Assembly (NCBI GenBank): GCA_017397955.1
Contig: JAFQHL010000031.1
Location: 8,191 to 72,190 of the forward strand
DNA length: 64,000 nucleotides
Source of the DNA: Clostridia bacterium
GTDB taxonomy: Bacteria > Bacillota > Clostridia > Oscillospirales > CAG-382
Reading direction: 5' to 3'
This document shows positions 1 through 10,404 of the stretch, piece by piece (position 1 is the first letter of the stretch; each line of letters starts with the position of its first letter). Position numbers and translations under genes: made by a program. The notes under the pieces were generated by a model. That model made no database searches. It was not told where the DNA came from and worked only from the letters and a program-made list of their open reading frames with translations.

Positions 1-392
1 CCCTTAATGCGATACAAAAAGTTACGGCTGCCCTCTTCAATAGCGGAAAGCACACCTATAACTTCGCCGCTTTCCGCATCATATACCGCAAGGCCTATAA
101 GATCGTCGTTAAAATAAACGCCGTCCGGTAAGCTAACGTCATCTCTGTCAAACCAAAGCTTGCGCCCTGTAAGCAGGGCGGCGGTCTGCCTATCCTCTTT
201 GCCCTCAAAAACAATAGAGGGAATAGAGGGGTGATAACGCTTTACTGCCAAGGATTTTGTTCCCTCGGCATCAAAATACAAGCGGTCTACGCCACGCAAA
301 AAGTCCGGACTGTCGCACCAACAGTCAAAGCGCAATTCGCCCTTAACCCCGCGAGGGGCACCAAGTACCCCTGCTTCCAAAAACTTTTTCAT
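1..392 (-). CDS. rimM: 16S rRNA processing protein RimM (3' end outside window)
   Basis: Manual minus-strand translation from ATG at 392: MKKFLEAGVLGAPRGVKGELRFDCWCDSPDF..., the RimM N-terminal GxxGE motif; canonical position after rpsP-khpA. Confidence 0.9.
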   Translation of the reverse strand, partial: MKKFLEAGVLGAPRGVKGELRFDCWCDSPDFLRGVDRLYFDAEGTKSLAVKRYHPSIPSIVFEGKEDRQTAALLTGRKLWFDRDDVSLPDGVYFNDDLIGLAVYDAESGEVIGVLSAIEEGSRNFLYRIK

Positions 393-395
393 AAG

Positions 396-638
396 TTACT
401 GCACTATGTCTACTATAACGCGCTTGTTTTGCTTTGCCGCGGCGGCACGCATAACCACGCGTATGCACTTGGCTATTTTGCCTTGTCTGCCTATAACCTT
501 GCCCATATCGTCCTTGGCAACAGTAAGCTCAAGCACGCAGGTATCGCCGCTTACCTTTTCAGATACGCTGACTTCATCGGGGTTATCAACAATAGCCTTG
601 GCAATATCCAATAAAACTTGCTTCATAATATTCGGCAC
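396..638 (-). CDS. khpA: KH-domain RNA-binding protein KhpA
   Basis: DMGKVIGRQGK KH motif, ~80 aa, between rpsP and rimM. Confidence 0.93.
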   Translation of the reverse strand: MPNIMKQVLLDIAKAIVDNPDEVSVSEKVSGDTCVLELTVAKDDMGKVIGRQGKIAKCIRVVMRAAAAKQNKRVIVDIVQ

Positions 639-644
639 CTCTGA

Positions 645-887
645 TTATATAGCGCCGTTCTTCTTAAGCAAAGTCTTAACAGTGTCGGTAGGCTGTGCGC
701 CGTTAGCAATCCACTTCTTAGCCTTTTCGTTGTCAATAACGATTTCAGAGGGCTCCTTCATGGGATTGTAGTAACCGATTTCTTCAATAAATCTGCCGTC
801 TCTGGGGAAACGGGAATCAGCAACAACTACTCTGTAAAAAGGTGCCTTTTTTGCGCCCATTCTCTTAAGTCTAATCTTAACTGCCAT
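645..887 (-). CDS. rpsP: 30S ribosomal protein S16
   Basis: [35 protein letters not shown] signature. Confidence 0.99.
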   Translation of the reverse strand: MAVKIRLKRMGAKKAPFYRVVVADSRFPRDGRFIEEIGYYNPMKEPSEIVIDNEKAKKWIANGAQPTDTVKTLLKKNGAI

Positions 888-915
888 TTTCTTTTTCCTC
901 CGAAAAAATATAATA

Positions 916-2244
916 TTATTTTATGCCAAAAGGCAGTCTCATTCTGCCCTTTTTGCCTTTTTTGGTGAACTTCTTCATAATTTCCTTGGTCTGCTCAAAC
1001 TGCTTAAGAAGTCTGTTAACTTCTTCCACAGACCTGCCGCTGCCTGCGGCAATACGCTTCTTGCGCGAAGAGTTCAAAACTTCGGGATGTACCCTTTCGT
1101 ACTTGGTCATCGAAAGTATTATAGCTTCCAGATGGTCCATAGCCTTTTCATCAATCTTAGCATCTTTCAGCTTAGAGGCGTTAACGCCGGGTATCATCCC
1201 CATAAGCTGCTCCAAAGAGCCCATATTTCTAAGCTGACCAAACTGCTCCAGATAATCCTCCAGAGTAAAGCTGGATTCCCTGAATTTACGCTCCAGCTCT
1301 TCCGCCTGCTTGTCGTCATAAGCGTTTTGCGCCTTTTCTATAAGCGAAAGCACATCACCCATACCAAGTATACGGGATGCCATACGGTCGGGGTAAAATG
1401 CTTCAAGATTGTCAAGCTTTTCGCCCGTACCGATGAACTTGATGGGTTTTCCGGTTATGTGGCGTACGGAAAGTGCCGCGCCGCCGCGGGTATCGCCATC
1501 CATTTTTGTAAGGATAACGCCCGTTATGTCAAGCAGATCATTAAAGCTTTGGGCAACGTTAACTGCGTCCTGACCTGTCATTGCGTCAACAACCAATAAG
1601 GTTTCGGTGGGCTGTGCCGCTTCTTTAACTCTGCGTAGCTCCTCCATAAGAGCCTCGTCTATATGCAAACGACCCGCGGTATCCACAATAACCAAATCGT
1701 GGCCGTATTCCTTGGCATATCTAAGCGCTTCGTCAACGGTTTTTACGGGGTCCTGTGTGCCCTTTTCAAAAACCTTAACACCCGCTTTTTCACCTACCAC
1801 CTGCAACTGCTTTATTGCGGCGGGACGGTATATGTCACAGGCAACCAAAAGTGGGCTTTTGCCCTGCTTTTTGTACATAAGTGCCAGCTTGCCCGTATGG
1901 GTGGTTTTACCGCTGCCCTGCAAACCGCACATCAGCACCACCGTGGGGGGCTTGGGGGCGATCACCAGCTTGGAATTGGCTGTGCCCATAAGGGTTATAA
2001 GCTCTTCGTGTACAATTTTTACTATTTGCTGTGCGGGCACAAGACTTTCAAGCACGTCACTGCCCACAGCGCGCTCGCTAACCTTGGCAATAAAATCCTT
2101 TACTACCTTAAAGTTAACATCTGCCTCCAAAAGAGCCAGCTTTATCTCACGCATACCCGCCTTAACGTCGGCTTCCGTAAGCTTGCCGCTGTTTCTTAAC
2201 TTTTTAAAGGCACCCGATATTTTATCTACAAGACCTTCAAACAT
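916..2244 (-). CDS. ffh: Signal recognition particle protein Ffh
   Basis: [19 protein letters not shown] GTPase motifs; RILGMGD; M-domain with [11 protein letters not shown]. Confidence 0.99.
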   Translation of the reverse strand: MFEGLVDKISGAFKKLRNSGKLTEADVKAGMREIKLALLEADVNFKVVKDFIAKVSERAVGSDVLESLVPAQQIVKIVHEELITLMGTANSKLVIAPKPPTVVLMCGLQGSGKTTHTGKLALMYKKQGKSPLLVACDIYRPAAIKQLQVVGEKAGVKVFEKGTQDPVKTVDEALRYAKEYGHDLVIVDTAGRLHIDEALMEELRRVKEAAQPTETLLVVDAMTGQDAVNVAQSFNDLLDITGVILTKMDGDTRGGAALSVRHITGKPIKFIGTGEKLDNLEAFYPDRMASRILGMGDVLSLIEKAQNAYDDKQAEELERKFRESSFTLEDYLEQFGQLRNMGSLEQLMGMIPGVNASKLKDAKIDEKAMDHLEAIILSMTKYERVHPEVLNSSRKKRIAAGSGRSVEEVNRLLKQFEQTKEIMKKFTKKGKKGRMRLPFGIK

Positions 2245-2257
2245 TATTTGTCCTCCG

Positions 2258-2584
2258 TTAAAGCTCCGCCGTTAAGTCTGCGGCAAGGGCGCAAAGCCTT
2301 TCATTACCGGCTTGCCTTGCCTGCTCTGCCACTTCCTCCAAACCGCTGCGCAGTTTTTGGGATTTTTTATAAAAGCACAGCTTTTCTTCAAACTCCAAAA
2401 GCTTGGCTTCCCCCTTCTTTAAAGCATCCCGCACGCCCTGGCGGGTAATGCCCGTGTCCTCACCAATTTCGGACAAAGAAAGGTCGCCGTTGTAGTACAA
2501 ATCCAATACATCGCGCTGACCGTCTTTAAGCAGTGCTCCGTATATGTCCAGCAGGGAAGATATAAGCACCCTTTTGCTATCCAT
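2258..2584 (-). CDS. ylxM: YlxM/p13 family HTH protein
   Basis: LLDIYGALL...DLSLSEIGEDTGITRQGVRD; directly upstream of ffh; start moved to ATG 2584 behind a GGAGG RBS. Confidence 0.9.
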   Translation of the reverse strand: MDSKRVLISSLLDIYGALLKDGQRDVLDLYYNGDLSLSEIGEDTGITRQGVRDALKKGEAKLLEFEEKLCFYKKSQKLRSGLEEVAEQARQAGNERLCALAADLTAEL

Positions 2585-2664
2585 ATTAACGTACACCTCC
2601 GAAAAAGACTTCCCGCTACAGCATCTTAATAAGCGATTTTCTATGCTGTTAACGAGAAAAAACA

Positions 2665-2719
2665 GCTGTAAAGCAAAACACTTTACAGCCATTATATACG
2701 AAGTGTGTCCGTTTGTCAA
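2665..2719 (-). promoter_or_regulatory. Sigma-A promoter of the ylxM-ffh operon with a palindrome at the start site
   Basis: Minus strand TTGACA (2719-2714)-17 bp-TATAAT (2696-2691), followed by GCTGTAAAG-N7-CTTTACAGC (2665-2689). Confidence 0.75.
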
Positions 2720-4845
2720 CAGTTTTTTGCGGTAATTTTAAAATTTTCTTTGTCTTCTTCGCCCCAAAAGGCAAAAGCCTTGGTTAAGCCTTCGTCTTTA
2801 CTCGCCAATCTTGCGGCGTTGCGTTTCAGCATACGGCAAAGACTGCCGTGGCTTAGCCCTTTGGCACGCCAGCGGGCGGCGACAGCGGGCAAAGCCTCAG
2901 CATCGCCTTCGATACGCACGCCTTTTTGCAACAGCTCTTGCTTCAAATCCTTAAAACAGCCCTCTGCCACCGCCGCAAGCTCCTTTTCTCCTGCCGCCGC
3001 AAACATCACCGTTTCGTCTGCTGTCGCGGAAAGCTCCTTTATAACGGGGTCTGCCGCTTTTTCTGCTTTGGAGAAACCTGCCGTGCCTTCAGCACCTTTG
3101 CAAGCGGAAAGCACCAGCAAACAGCCCTTGAAGCTTATTTTCAGCCCGTTTCCGTCGCAAATCACCCCGTCCTCGCATATTTGGCGTATAAGGGATAACA
3201 GCTCACCTTCGGCTTTGTTTATATTGTCAAAAAACAACAGACAGCGCGGCTTTCTGCGTACCTTTTCCGTAAGAATGCCGCCTTCACCTCCTGCTGTGCC
3301 TATAAGTCGGGATACACCGTAGCTTCCTTTATAGTCTTCGGCGTCGAAACAGAAAAAACTGTCCTCGTTTCCAAAAGTAAGTGCCGCACATTCCCTTGCC
3401 AAACTGCGTTTTCCAACCCCTCTGTTGCCTATGAATAACAGCAAAAGCGGTAGTTTTAAAATCCCCGTACCGTATTCTTCAAGCAACTTCGCAACCTTAT
3501 ATACGGCTTCGTCTTGCCCGCGTATTTTTTCTTTAAGCAGTGCGGCGGTGTCCTCCCTTGTTCTTGCCTTTGCGGGTGCAATTCCCGTGTTTGCCTCCAA
3601 CGCCGCCTCTACATCGGTGCTTTCTACCGTGGGTACGGCTCTTTTTCCTGACCACATCATACGCCTTCGTGCCGCACTCTCGTCCATAAGGTCAATAGCT
3701 TTGTCGGGCAAGGACCGCTCTCCTACATATTTCATTGATAAATCCACAGCGGCCTCCAAAGCTTCATCGCTTATTATTACCCCGTGGTGCTCCTCATAGC
3801 GACGGCGCAAGCCCTTTAGTATACGCAGGCAGGCGTCGCGGTCAGGCTCTGTAAGCAACACGCATTGAAAACGCCGTTCCAAGGCTCCGTCCTTTTCTAT
3901 ATATTTTTTGTATTCCTTAAGGGTGGTTGCTCCCATAAGCCTTATTTCGCCCCGTGCCAGATAGGGCTTAAGGATATTAGATGCATCTATTGCGCCTTCC
4001 GCTGCGCCTGCACCCACAATAGAGTGTATCTCGTCGGCAAACAGAATAATGTCCTCTGCGCCTTTGGTTTCTTCTATGATGTTTTTCAGCTTTTCTTCAA
4101 ACTCCCCCCTGTATTTGGTTCCGGCTACCAGCGCGGGGATGTCAAGTACTATAAGACGCACTCCGCACAACGCTTCGGGTACCCGCCCTTCCGCTATGCG
4201 TAAAGCCAGGGACTCTGCCACCGCGGTTTTTCCTACTCCCGGCTCGCCTATAAGGCAAGGGTTGTTTTTGGTTCGTCTAAGCAGAATTTGTATAACCCTT
4301 TCTTCCTCTTTTTCTCTGCCTATCACAGGGTCAATCAGTCCTTTTGCCGCTTTTTCAGTCAGATCGTACCCGTGTTTGTCAAGCAGTGGAGTAGGTTTCT
4401 TTGGCTGCTTCGTAGCTTTGTACACGTATTCATCCTCCTTTGCAAGCTTTTGCGCCCTCTCATATATTCGAGGGGCGGAAACAAAGCTGTCTGCCAGCCG
4501 TTTTGCCGCACATTCCTCAGATATCAACACCAAAAGCAGGTCTCCGCAATCTGCTTTGCCGCCCTGCGCCTCTCGCGCGGCTTTCAGCAACAGCTTTTTC
4601 AGCTTAGGGGTCATATCCGTACTTTCTTTTGTTTCCCCCTGAAATTTTGGCTGTGCCTTAAGCTGCTTTCTTAAATATTGCGGTTTAAGCCCCAAATCGC
4701 AAAGCATATTGCCGCAGGGACTGTCACTTAGGGACAATGCCAGTAACAAATGCTCGGTCCCTACGTAAAAATCACCCAGCGCGGCGGCTTCTATAAATGC
4801 CGTATTTACTGCAATATGTGCCAAATTTGTAAACTTTTCGTTCAT
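2716..4845 (-). CDS. ClpC/ClpA-like AAA+ ATPase with Clp_N domain; second AAA domain degenerate
   Basis: GTEHLLLAL Clp_N; D1 [29 protein letters not shown] intact; D2 GNRGVGKR and FFDNINKA deviate from consensus. Confidence 0.85.
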   Translation of the reverse strand: MNEKFTNLAHIAVNTAFIEAAALGDFYVGTEHLLLALSLSDSPCGNMLCDLGLKPQYLRKQLKAQPKFQGETKESTDMTPKLKKLLLKAAREAQGGKADCGDLLLVLISEECAAKRLADSFVSAPRIYERAQKLAKEDEYVYKATKQPKKPTPLLDKHGYDLTEKAAKGLIDPVIGREKEEERVIQILLRRTKNNPCLIGEPGVGKTAVAESLALRIAEGRVPEALCGVRLIVLDIPALVAGTKYRGEFEEKLKNIIEETKGAEDIILFADEIHSIVGAGAAEGAIDASNILKPYLARGEIRLMGATTLKEYKKYIEKDGALERRFQCVLLTEPDRDACLRILKGLRRRYEEHHGVIISDEALEAAVDLSMKYVGERSLPDKAIDLMDESAARRRMMWSGKRAVPTVESTDVEAALEANTGIAPAKARTREDTAALLKEKIRGQDEAVYKVAKLLEEYGTGILKLPLLLLFIGNRGVGKRSLARECAALTFGNEDSFFCFDAEDYKGSYGVSRLIGTAGGEGGILTEKVRRKPRCLLFFDNINKAEGELLSLIRQICEDGVICDGNGLKISFKGCLLVLSACKGAEGTAGFSKAEKAADPVIKELSATADETVMFAAAGEKELAAVAEGCFKDLKQELLQKGVRIEGDAEALPAVAARWRAKGLSHGSLCRMLKRNAARLASKDEGLTKAFAFWGEEDKENFKITAKNC

Positions 4846-5003
4846 ATTTTCCCTCCAAATGCTGTAAAAACATCTGTTTTCACAAGGATTTTGCCCTAAA
4901 ATAGAGGATTATATTTCCATTTTATTATCTTTTTGTAAAAAAGTTAACGGCGCTCTTCCATAAAAAGGTCTTTTGTGGTATAATCACGGTGAGGTGTTAT
5001 GCA

Positions 5004-5690
5004 ATGGGCTCGCAAAATAATATAAATAGGGGTTACTCCCCAAAAAAAACACATAATATTGCCCATGCAGGCGCACCTAAAAGGGTAAGAAGGCTTACTC
5101 CTGAGGAAATTGAGGAGCGTAGGCTTAAAGCCGCAGAGCAAAGGCGCGAGAAGCGTGAGACTTTTTTTGTTCGCTTTATCTTTGGCGTAGCGGTATATAT
5201 GCTGTGTTGCCTTATTATCTTCGGTTTTGCCGCATCCGTTTATCTCCGTACCACGGATATTGAGCTGGCAGAGCTGAATATTGTAGATGCAAAGGGTAAA
5301 ATTTTATACACGGCAGAGGATGAGGCGTTTATAATAAATAATGTGCCCTATGTTTCTGCAACAGGTCTTGCGGTGCTTTACGATTTTACTTTAGCGGGTG
5401 ACAAAACCAGGGTTTCCATGCACTTCCATAATGTTGACGAAAGTATATCTTTTACGAAGGATTCTACCGGTGTGTACATAAACGGTCAGCCCGTAAGGCT
5501 TACTGCACCTATTATTTTTACAGATGACTATTATATTCCGTTGGAATTGATTAGAAACTATTTTTTAGGCGTAACAATTATATACGACAGTGAAAAAGGG
5601 CTTGCAACACTTTCTGCGGATAAAGAAGCGTTTTCCCTTAAGCTTCATTCTCCCGTAGAAACAGAGCTGCCCAACAAACCGAAAGGATGA
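5004..5690 (+). CDS. Membrane-anchored protein, basic N-tail, one TM helix, copper-amine-oxidase-N/stalk-like C-terminal domain
   Basis: Hydrophobic segment FIFGVAVYMLCCLIIFGFAA; YINGQPVRLTAPII...YIPLE pattern; GAGGTG RBS before ATG 5004. Confidence 0.6.
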   Translation: MGSQNNINRGYSPKKTHNIAHAGAPKRVRRLTPEEIEERRLKAAEQRREKRETFFVRFIFGVAVYMLCCLIIFGFAASVYLRTTDIELAELNIVDAKGKILYTAEDEAFIINNVPYVSATGLAVLYDFTLAGDKTRVSMHFHNVDESISFTKDSTGVYINGQPVRLTAPIIFTDDYYIPLELIRNYFLGVTIIYDSEKGLATLSADKEAFSLKLHSPVETELPNKPKG

Positions 5691-5700
5691 AATTGTTTTT

Positions 5701-7227
5701 ATGAAACCGAGAAAGACAGCAATGCTTCTTGCGGCGGCAATGATTATAGTTACCGTTATTGCGGTAGTGCCTTCCGTAAAAGTACAGGCTTCTTATGTGG
5801 ATGACTTTTTGGCAACCGTAGGTCCTATGTGTACCAACGATATGAGGGATAACCATATTTTGGCATCCTTTACCTTGGCACAGGCTATTTGGGAAAGCGG
5901 TTGGGGTCGCAGTACCTTGGCAACACAGGCAAATAACCTGTTTGGTATCCGCGCCTACAGCACTTGGGATGGCAAGGTTTTTGACAGAAACGAGTGCGTG
6001 CTTTACAACAGCTGGTCACATCTTGTTGCTACAAAGGGTGATGCGTATGTCAAAAACTACTCTTTGTCATTCTGGCGCGCATACGATAGCTGGCAGGACA
6101 GCGTTAATGACCACAGCGGCTTGTTCAACCGTATGTCCATATACGAAAACCTAAGGGGTAATTACGATTATAAATCCTGTGCTACCCTTATCGTTTTGGA
6201 TGGGTATTGCAGTGAGACGGAGTATACCGATTGTCTTATTACTCTTATCGAAAGCTATGACCTGGAGCAGTATAATTACGATTTTGGCGATAACGGTGGC
6301 AACACCACTCAGCCCGAAGACGGCAATAACGAGGTTTCCGGCAACGGCAGCAGCGTAAGCCTTCAGCCCGCAAAGCTTTATATGGAAACAGGCACCGCTT
6401 ATCCTCTCAGTTTTACCGTTACTCCCAAGGGTGCGGAATGTACAGTTACCAGCAGTAACCCCGCAGTTGCTTCTGTAAACGGCAATATACTTACCGCTGT
6501 TTCAGCCGGTAGTACTACTGTTACCCTCGCTTCCGGCTCTCTTTCCGTAAGCTGTGATGTAACTGTTGCCGATAACTACGGCGGCATAGTTGCCGACGGC
6601 GTGTATGTTTTGTGCACGGTTGCAACCGGCACCGTTACCATTCCCGCTGAGGCAACAAGCATCGGTAAGGATGCTTTTCGCGGTAGCGGCGTAACTAAGG
6701 TTATCGTGGGCAACGGCATTACCTCTGTGGAAGACGGCGCATTCAGCGGTATGGGCGGCGGCTTTACTCTTTGCTCTTACGGCAACAGCATTGTTTCTGA
6801 TTACGCGCTGATGAACGCAATCGCCCACATCAATATGAGCACCGGTTGGGTTTTGGATTCCGCAGGCGCACTTATAACGGGCATATCTCTCTACACAACG
6901 GCAGAACTCATAAGTACCTATTACAATGCCGAAGGTGTGGATGTTGATTTAAGTAACAGCACAGGCGAAGCTCTTGGCAATACCGAATATGTAGGCACAG
7001 GATGTGTTGTTACCGTTGGCGGCGTTAGCTACAGCGCGGTAGTTAAGGGTGATACTGACGGTGACGGCATAACCTCCACCTCCGACCTGCTTAACCTTAA
7101 AGGCTACCTCGGCGGAGATAACGGTTATTTGCCTGCCCGCACTTTCCGCAAAGCGGCAGACTTTAACGGCGACGAAAGAATTACTACCGCAGACTATCTT
7201 GCAATCTTCCGTTCCTTCACCGCATAA
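5701..7227 (+). CDS. Secreted GH73 glucosaminidase with Ig-like (Big_2), short LRR and C-terminal dockerin-like domains
   Basis: Signal peptide; LAQAIWESGWG...NNLFGI and RAYDSWQDS GH73 motifs; SSNPAVASV Ig motif; GDTDGDGIT...ADFNGDERITTAD duplicated Ca-loop. Confidence 0.85.
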   Translation: MKPRKTAMLLAAAMIIVTVIAVVPSVKVQASYVDDFLATVGPMCTNDMRDNHILASFTLAQAIWESGWGRSTLATQANNLFGIRAYSTWDGKVFDRNECVLYNSWSHLVATKGDAYVKNYSLSFWRAYDSWQDSVNDHSGLFNRMSIYENLRGNYDYKSCATLIVLDGYCSETEYTDCLITLIESYDLEQYNYDFGDNGGNTTQPEDGNNEVSGNGSSVSLQPAKLYMETGTAYPLSFTVTPKGAECTVTSSNPAVASVNGNILTAVSAGSTTVTLASGSLSVSCDVTVADNYGGIVADGVYVLCTVATGTVTIPAEATSIGKDAFRGSGVTKVIVGNGITSVEDGAFSGMGGGFTLCSYGNSIVSDYALMNAIAHINMSTGWVLDSAGALITGISLYTTAELISTYYNAEGVDVDLSNSTGEALGNTEYVGTGCVVTVGGVSYSAVVKGDTDGDGITSTSDLLNLKGYLGGDNGYLPARTFRKAADFNGDERITTADYLAIFRSFTA

Positions 7228-7241
7228 TTTAAACAAAATTG

Positions 7242-7274
7242 AACACCGCAGACCTTATGGTTTGCGGTGTTTTT
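7242..7274 (+). terminator. Intrinsic terminator, probably bidirectional
   Basis: AACACCGCAGACC-TTAT-GGTTTGCGGTGTT plus T-tract between convergent genes. Confidence 0.8.
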
Positions 7275-7285
7275 GTGTGTTTGCT

Positions 7286-7468
7286 TTATTCTATCTCAAT
7301 ATTATCTACCCCGTGCTCCAATATTATGTTTATCAGCTCATTGCGGGAATAGTTACTTTCTGCCGCAATGCTGTCCAGCTTTGCAAGGGTGCTTTCTTTA
7401 ATTCGTACCGTGATGGTTCTGTGCCCATCCTCCCCACGGCGCTTGATTTTTAATGTCTCGTTTTTCAT
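7286..7468 (-). CDS. Ribbon-helix-helix (CopG-like) DNA-binding protein
   Basis: TITVRI...LAKLDSIA...SRNELIN RHH pattern, 60 aa. Confidence 0.8.
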   Translation of the reverse strand: MKNETLKIKRRGEDGHRTITVRIKESTLAKLDSIAAESNYSRNELINIILEHGVDNIEIE

Positions 7469-7519
7469 ATTACACGCCCTTATATATTATAATACAATTA
7501 TTTATAATATAATTATACC

Positions 7520-7548
7520 TTGACAAAAATATAGTTATATATTATAAT
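7520..7548 (+). promoter_or_regulatory. Consensus sigma-A promoter for the LRR/dockerin gene
   Basis: TTGACA-17 bp-TATAAT in a very AT-rich divergent intergenic region. Confidence 0.75.
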
Positions 7549-7605
7549 TTAATATAATAAGTGATATTGTTTATGATATCAAGTGTGAAAGAGAGGGTAT
7601 TTTTC

Positions 7606-10332
7606 ATGAAAAAACTAACAGCACTTTTTCTTGCCCTAGCCCTGTGCTTAGGGCTGTGTTCGTTTACCGCTTCGGGTGTGAATTCTGCAGGGGATTTAAC
7701 GCCTGCGGCAAGTATTATACCGGTTGTCGAACCTAAAGTATACAATGGCACTTGCGGTGATGTTCTCAACTGGAGTCTTGATGCTGAAACCGGTGTTCTT
7801 AATATAACAGGAACCGGCATGATGCTAGATTACTCAGCTTCAGATTTTTTTCCTGAACTTAACGCTCCTTGGTATAGCTATAAAAGTTATATTAAAACCG
7901 TAAATGTTGACGACGGCGTTACTACTATTGGGAGTGGTGCGTTCTACAACTGCTCCTCCCTTACAAGCGTAACCATTCCCGATAGTGTCACTGATATTGG
8001 GTTCGAAGCGTTTTACAACTGCTCCTCCCTTACAAGCGTAACCATTGGGGACAGCGTTACTTCTATTGGGGAATATGCGTTCCGCGGCTGCTCTTCCCTT
8101 ACAAGCATAACCATTGGGGACAGCGTTGCTTCTATTGGTGAAGATGCGTTCTACGACTGCTCTTCCCTTACAAGCGTACATATAAGCGATATAGCTGCGT
8201 GGTGTGGAATTTACTATGGTAGTTATTATTCTACCCCCTTATGTATGGGTGCAAATCTGTACTTAAACGGCGATTTGATAACAGCGCTTGTTATCCCCGA
8301 TGGCGTAACAACGATTGGGAACTATGCGTTCTATAAATGCGATTCTCTTACAAGCATAACCATTCCCGATAGTGTCACTGATATTGGGATCGAAGCGTTC
8401 TACAACTGCTCCTCCCTTACAAGCGTAACCATTGGGGACAGCGTTGCTTCTTTTGGTGGCGGTACGTTTTATGATTGTTCTTCTCTTACAAGCATAACCA
8501 TCCCCGACAGCGTTACTTATATTGCGCAAGGTGCGTTTTACGGTTGTACTGCCCTTCGAACTGTATATTATACAGGAAATGCCGAGGAATGGGCAGATAT
8601 TAGCATAGGTGCAGATAACACTTCTTTGAAAAGCGCAAATATAATATTTAACTATTGCGTAGAAGACGAATCTTCTGAAGAGAGCGTTGCGGACGTCTCT
8701 TCTGATGACGAGCGTCTTGAAGATTCATCATCTGAGTTGTGGGAAACTTCAGATGAACCTGTTGAAGAGACTTTCGAAGAACAAAGCGAAGACGACAGCT
8801 TTGTTGCAACGGTAGATGTACTTTACGGTGACGTAAACGGCGATGGGAATATCAACAGCCTTGATGCTGCGCAGGTCCTTAAGCACGATGCACAGCTTAT
8901 AATCCTTGATGGTGACGGGATTGTGGCTGCGGACGTTAATGCCGACGGCGAGGTTAACAGCCTTGATGCGGCGCAGATACTTAAGTACGACGCACAGCTT
9001 ATCGAAAGCTTTCCGGCGGGCGACTGTTTTGCAGGAAGTGATGAAACGAGCCAACCCTCCAACAACAGCGAAAATGAAAACGTAGAGGTGTTGCCGTCCA
9101 TAGAGGCAGAAATAGGCGAATATATCACCTTTGGCAGCTATGAGCAGGATAATAATACAGCTAACGGTAAGGAAGCCATAGAATGGCTTGTTCTTGATAA
9201 AAAAGATGGCAGTATGCTTGTGATAAGCAAGTACGGTTTGGATGGCGGAGCGTATTTTTCTGTTTATGATGATGGCAATTGGAAAAACAGCAATGTCAGA
9301 GCCCGTCTTAATAACTCATTTATACAAGATGCTTTTTCAGAAACAGAGCAATACAGGCTTATTACGGTAACAACAAATCCCGACGCCAATCCTGAATATG
9401 ATAGTGATCAAGGCTCTTCGACGCAGGATAGAGTGTTTTTATTGAGCTCCGTAGAAGCAAATCGATATTTTGACTCTGATGCATCAAGGGCGTGCTTACC
9501 TACTGCGTATGCGTTAAGCAAAGGCGTATATGAATGTTATAGCGGCGATTATAAAGGTTACTGCTTTTGGTGGTTGCGTACTGTTGGCAGTGACGAGTGG
9601 GATGCTGCATGCGTTGATGCGGACGGTACCATAGACAATCATGGCGATTCCCAAAGGTCTTACCAGTATGCAATCCGTCCAGCTATGTGGATTTCTACAG
9701 GTGAAATAGAAATAGAGATAGTTCCGGAAGATAGCAGCGAAAGCGAAGGTTATTCTGGCGGTGCAGAAATAGGCGAATATATCACTTTTGGCAGTTACGA
9801 GCAGGATAATAATACAGCTAACGGTAAGGAAGCCATAGAGTGGTTAGTTCTTGATAAAAAAGATGGCAGAATGCTTGTTACAAGTAAATACCTGCTTGAT
9901 GTACAGCCCTTCCATTCTTCTTATAGCGAAACAACTTGGGAGCACAGTGCATTGCGTCAGTGGATGAACAACGATTTCTATAACATCGCTTTTAATTCGG
10001 CAGAAAAAGCAAAAATACCTACGGTAACGGCAATAGCAGATGTAAACGAGTTTGTTTTTACCGTCACATCGGGTAATGACACGCAGGATAAACTGTTCTG
10101 CTTGAACAAGACGGAATTTATACAATATTTCCCTGACCGTAATTCCAGCGCCTGTTCCCCTACTCCGTATGCGGAAGCCTTGGGAACAAGGTCATTCTGG
10201 TGGTTACGCACTTCCGGCGGCACCCGCAGAATGGCGGTTTATGTAGAGACGGACGGCGATATCAATCCCGGCGGCACTATAGTAAGTAATGATTGTTATA
10301 TTCGCCCGGCTATGTGGATAGAAATCGATTGA
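7606..10332 (+). CDS. Secreted BspA-type (LRR_5) leucine-rich repeat protein with central dockerin and two DUF6273-like domains
   Basis: Signal peptide MKKLTALF...; CSSLTSVTIPDSVTxIGxxAF repeats; GDVNGDGNINSLDA...ADVNADGEVNSLDA; two ITFGSYEQD...IEWLVL...WWLRT...RPAMWI domains. Confidence 0.88.
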   Translation: MKKLTALFLALALCLGLCSFTASGVNSAGDLTPAASIIPVVEPKVYNGTCGDVLNWSLDAETGVLNITGTGMMLDYSASDFFPELNAPWYSYKSYIKTVNVDDGVTTIGSGAFYNCSSLTSVTIPDSVTDIGFEAFYNCSSLTSVTIGDSVTSIGEYAFRGCSSLTSITIGDSVASIGEDAFYDCSSLTSVHISDIAAWCGIYYGSYYSTPLCMGANLYLNGDLITALVIPDGVTTIGNYAFYKCDSLTSITIPDSVTDIGIEAFYNCSSLTSVTIGDSVASFGGGTFYDCSSLTSITIPDSVTYIAQGAFYGCTALRTVYYTGNAEEWADISIGADNTSLKSANIIFNYCVEDESSEESVADVSSDDERLEDSSSELWETSDEPVEETFEEQSEDDSFVATVDVLYGDVNGDGNINSLDAAQVLKHDAQLIILDGDGIVAADVNADGEVNSLDAAQILKYDAQLIESFPAGDCFAGSDETSQPSNNSENENVEVLPSIEAEIGEYITFGSYEQDNNTANGKEAIEWLVLDKKDGSMLVISKYGLDGGAYFSVYDDGNWKNSNVRARLNNSFIQDAFSETEQYRLITVTTNPDANPEYDSDQGSSTQDRVFLLSSVEANRYFDSDASRACLPTAYALSKGVYECYSGDYKGYCFWWLRTVGSDEWDAACVDADGTIDNHGDSQRSYQYAIRPAMWISTGEIEIEIVPEDSSESEGYSGGAEIGEYITFGSYEQDNNTANGKEAIEWLVLDKKDGRMLVTSKYLLDVQPFHSSYSETTWEHSALRQWMNNDFYNIAFNSAEKAKIPTVTAIADVNEFVFTVTSGNDTQDKLFCLNKTEFIQYFPDRNSSACSPTPYAEALGTRSFWWLRTSGGTRRMAVYVETDGDINPGGTIVSNDCYIRPAMWIEID

Positions 10333-10404
10333 TCTGTTTTGTAAAGGCAAAACACGTCGTTGGTGTATGTTATTATAAAAATATAATGAAAACGGGGGAC
10401 AAAT

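Noticed and set aside
231-771. Plus-strand ORFs over rimM, khpA and rpsP
   Set aside because: Antisense shadows of conserved genes
9568-10332. Diversity-generating retroelement acting on the DUF6273-like C-termini
   Set aside because: No reverse transcriptase or template repeat in the window, and differences between the two domains are not adenine-specific
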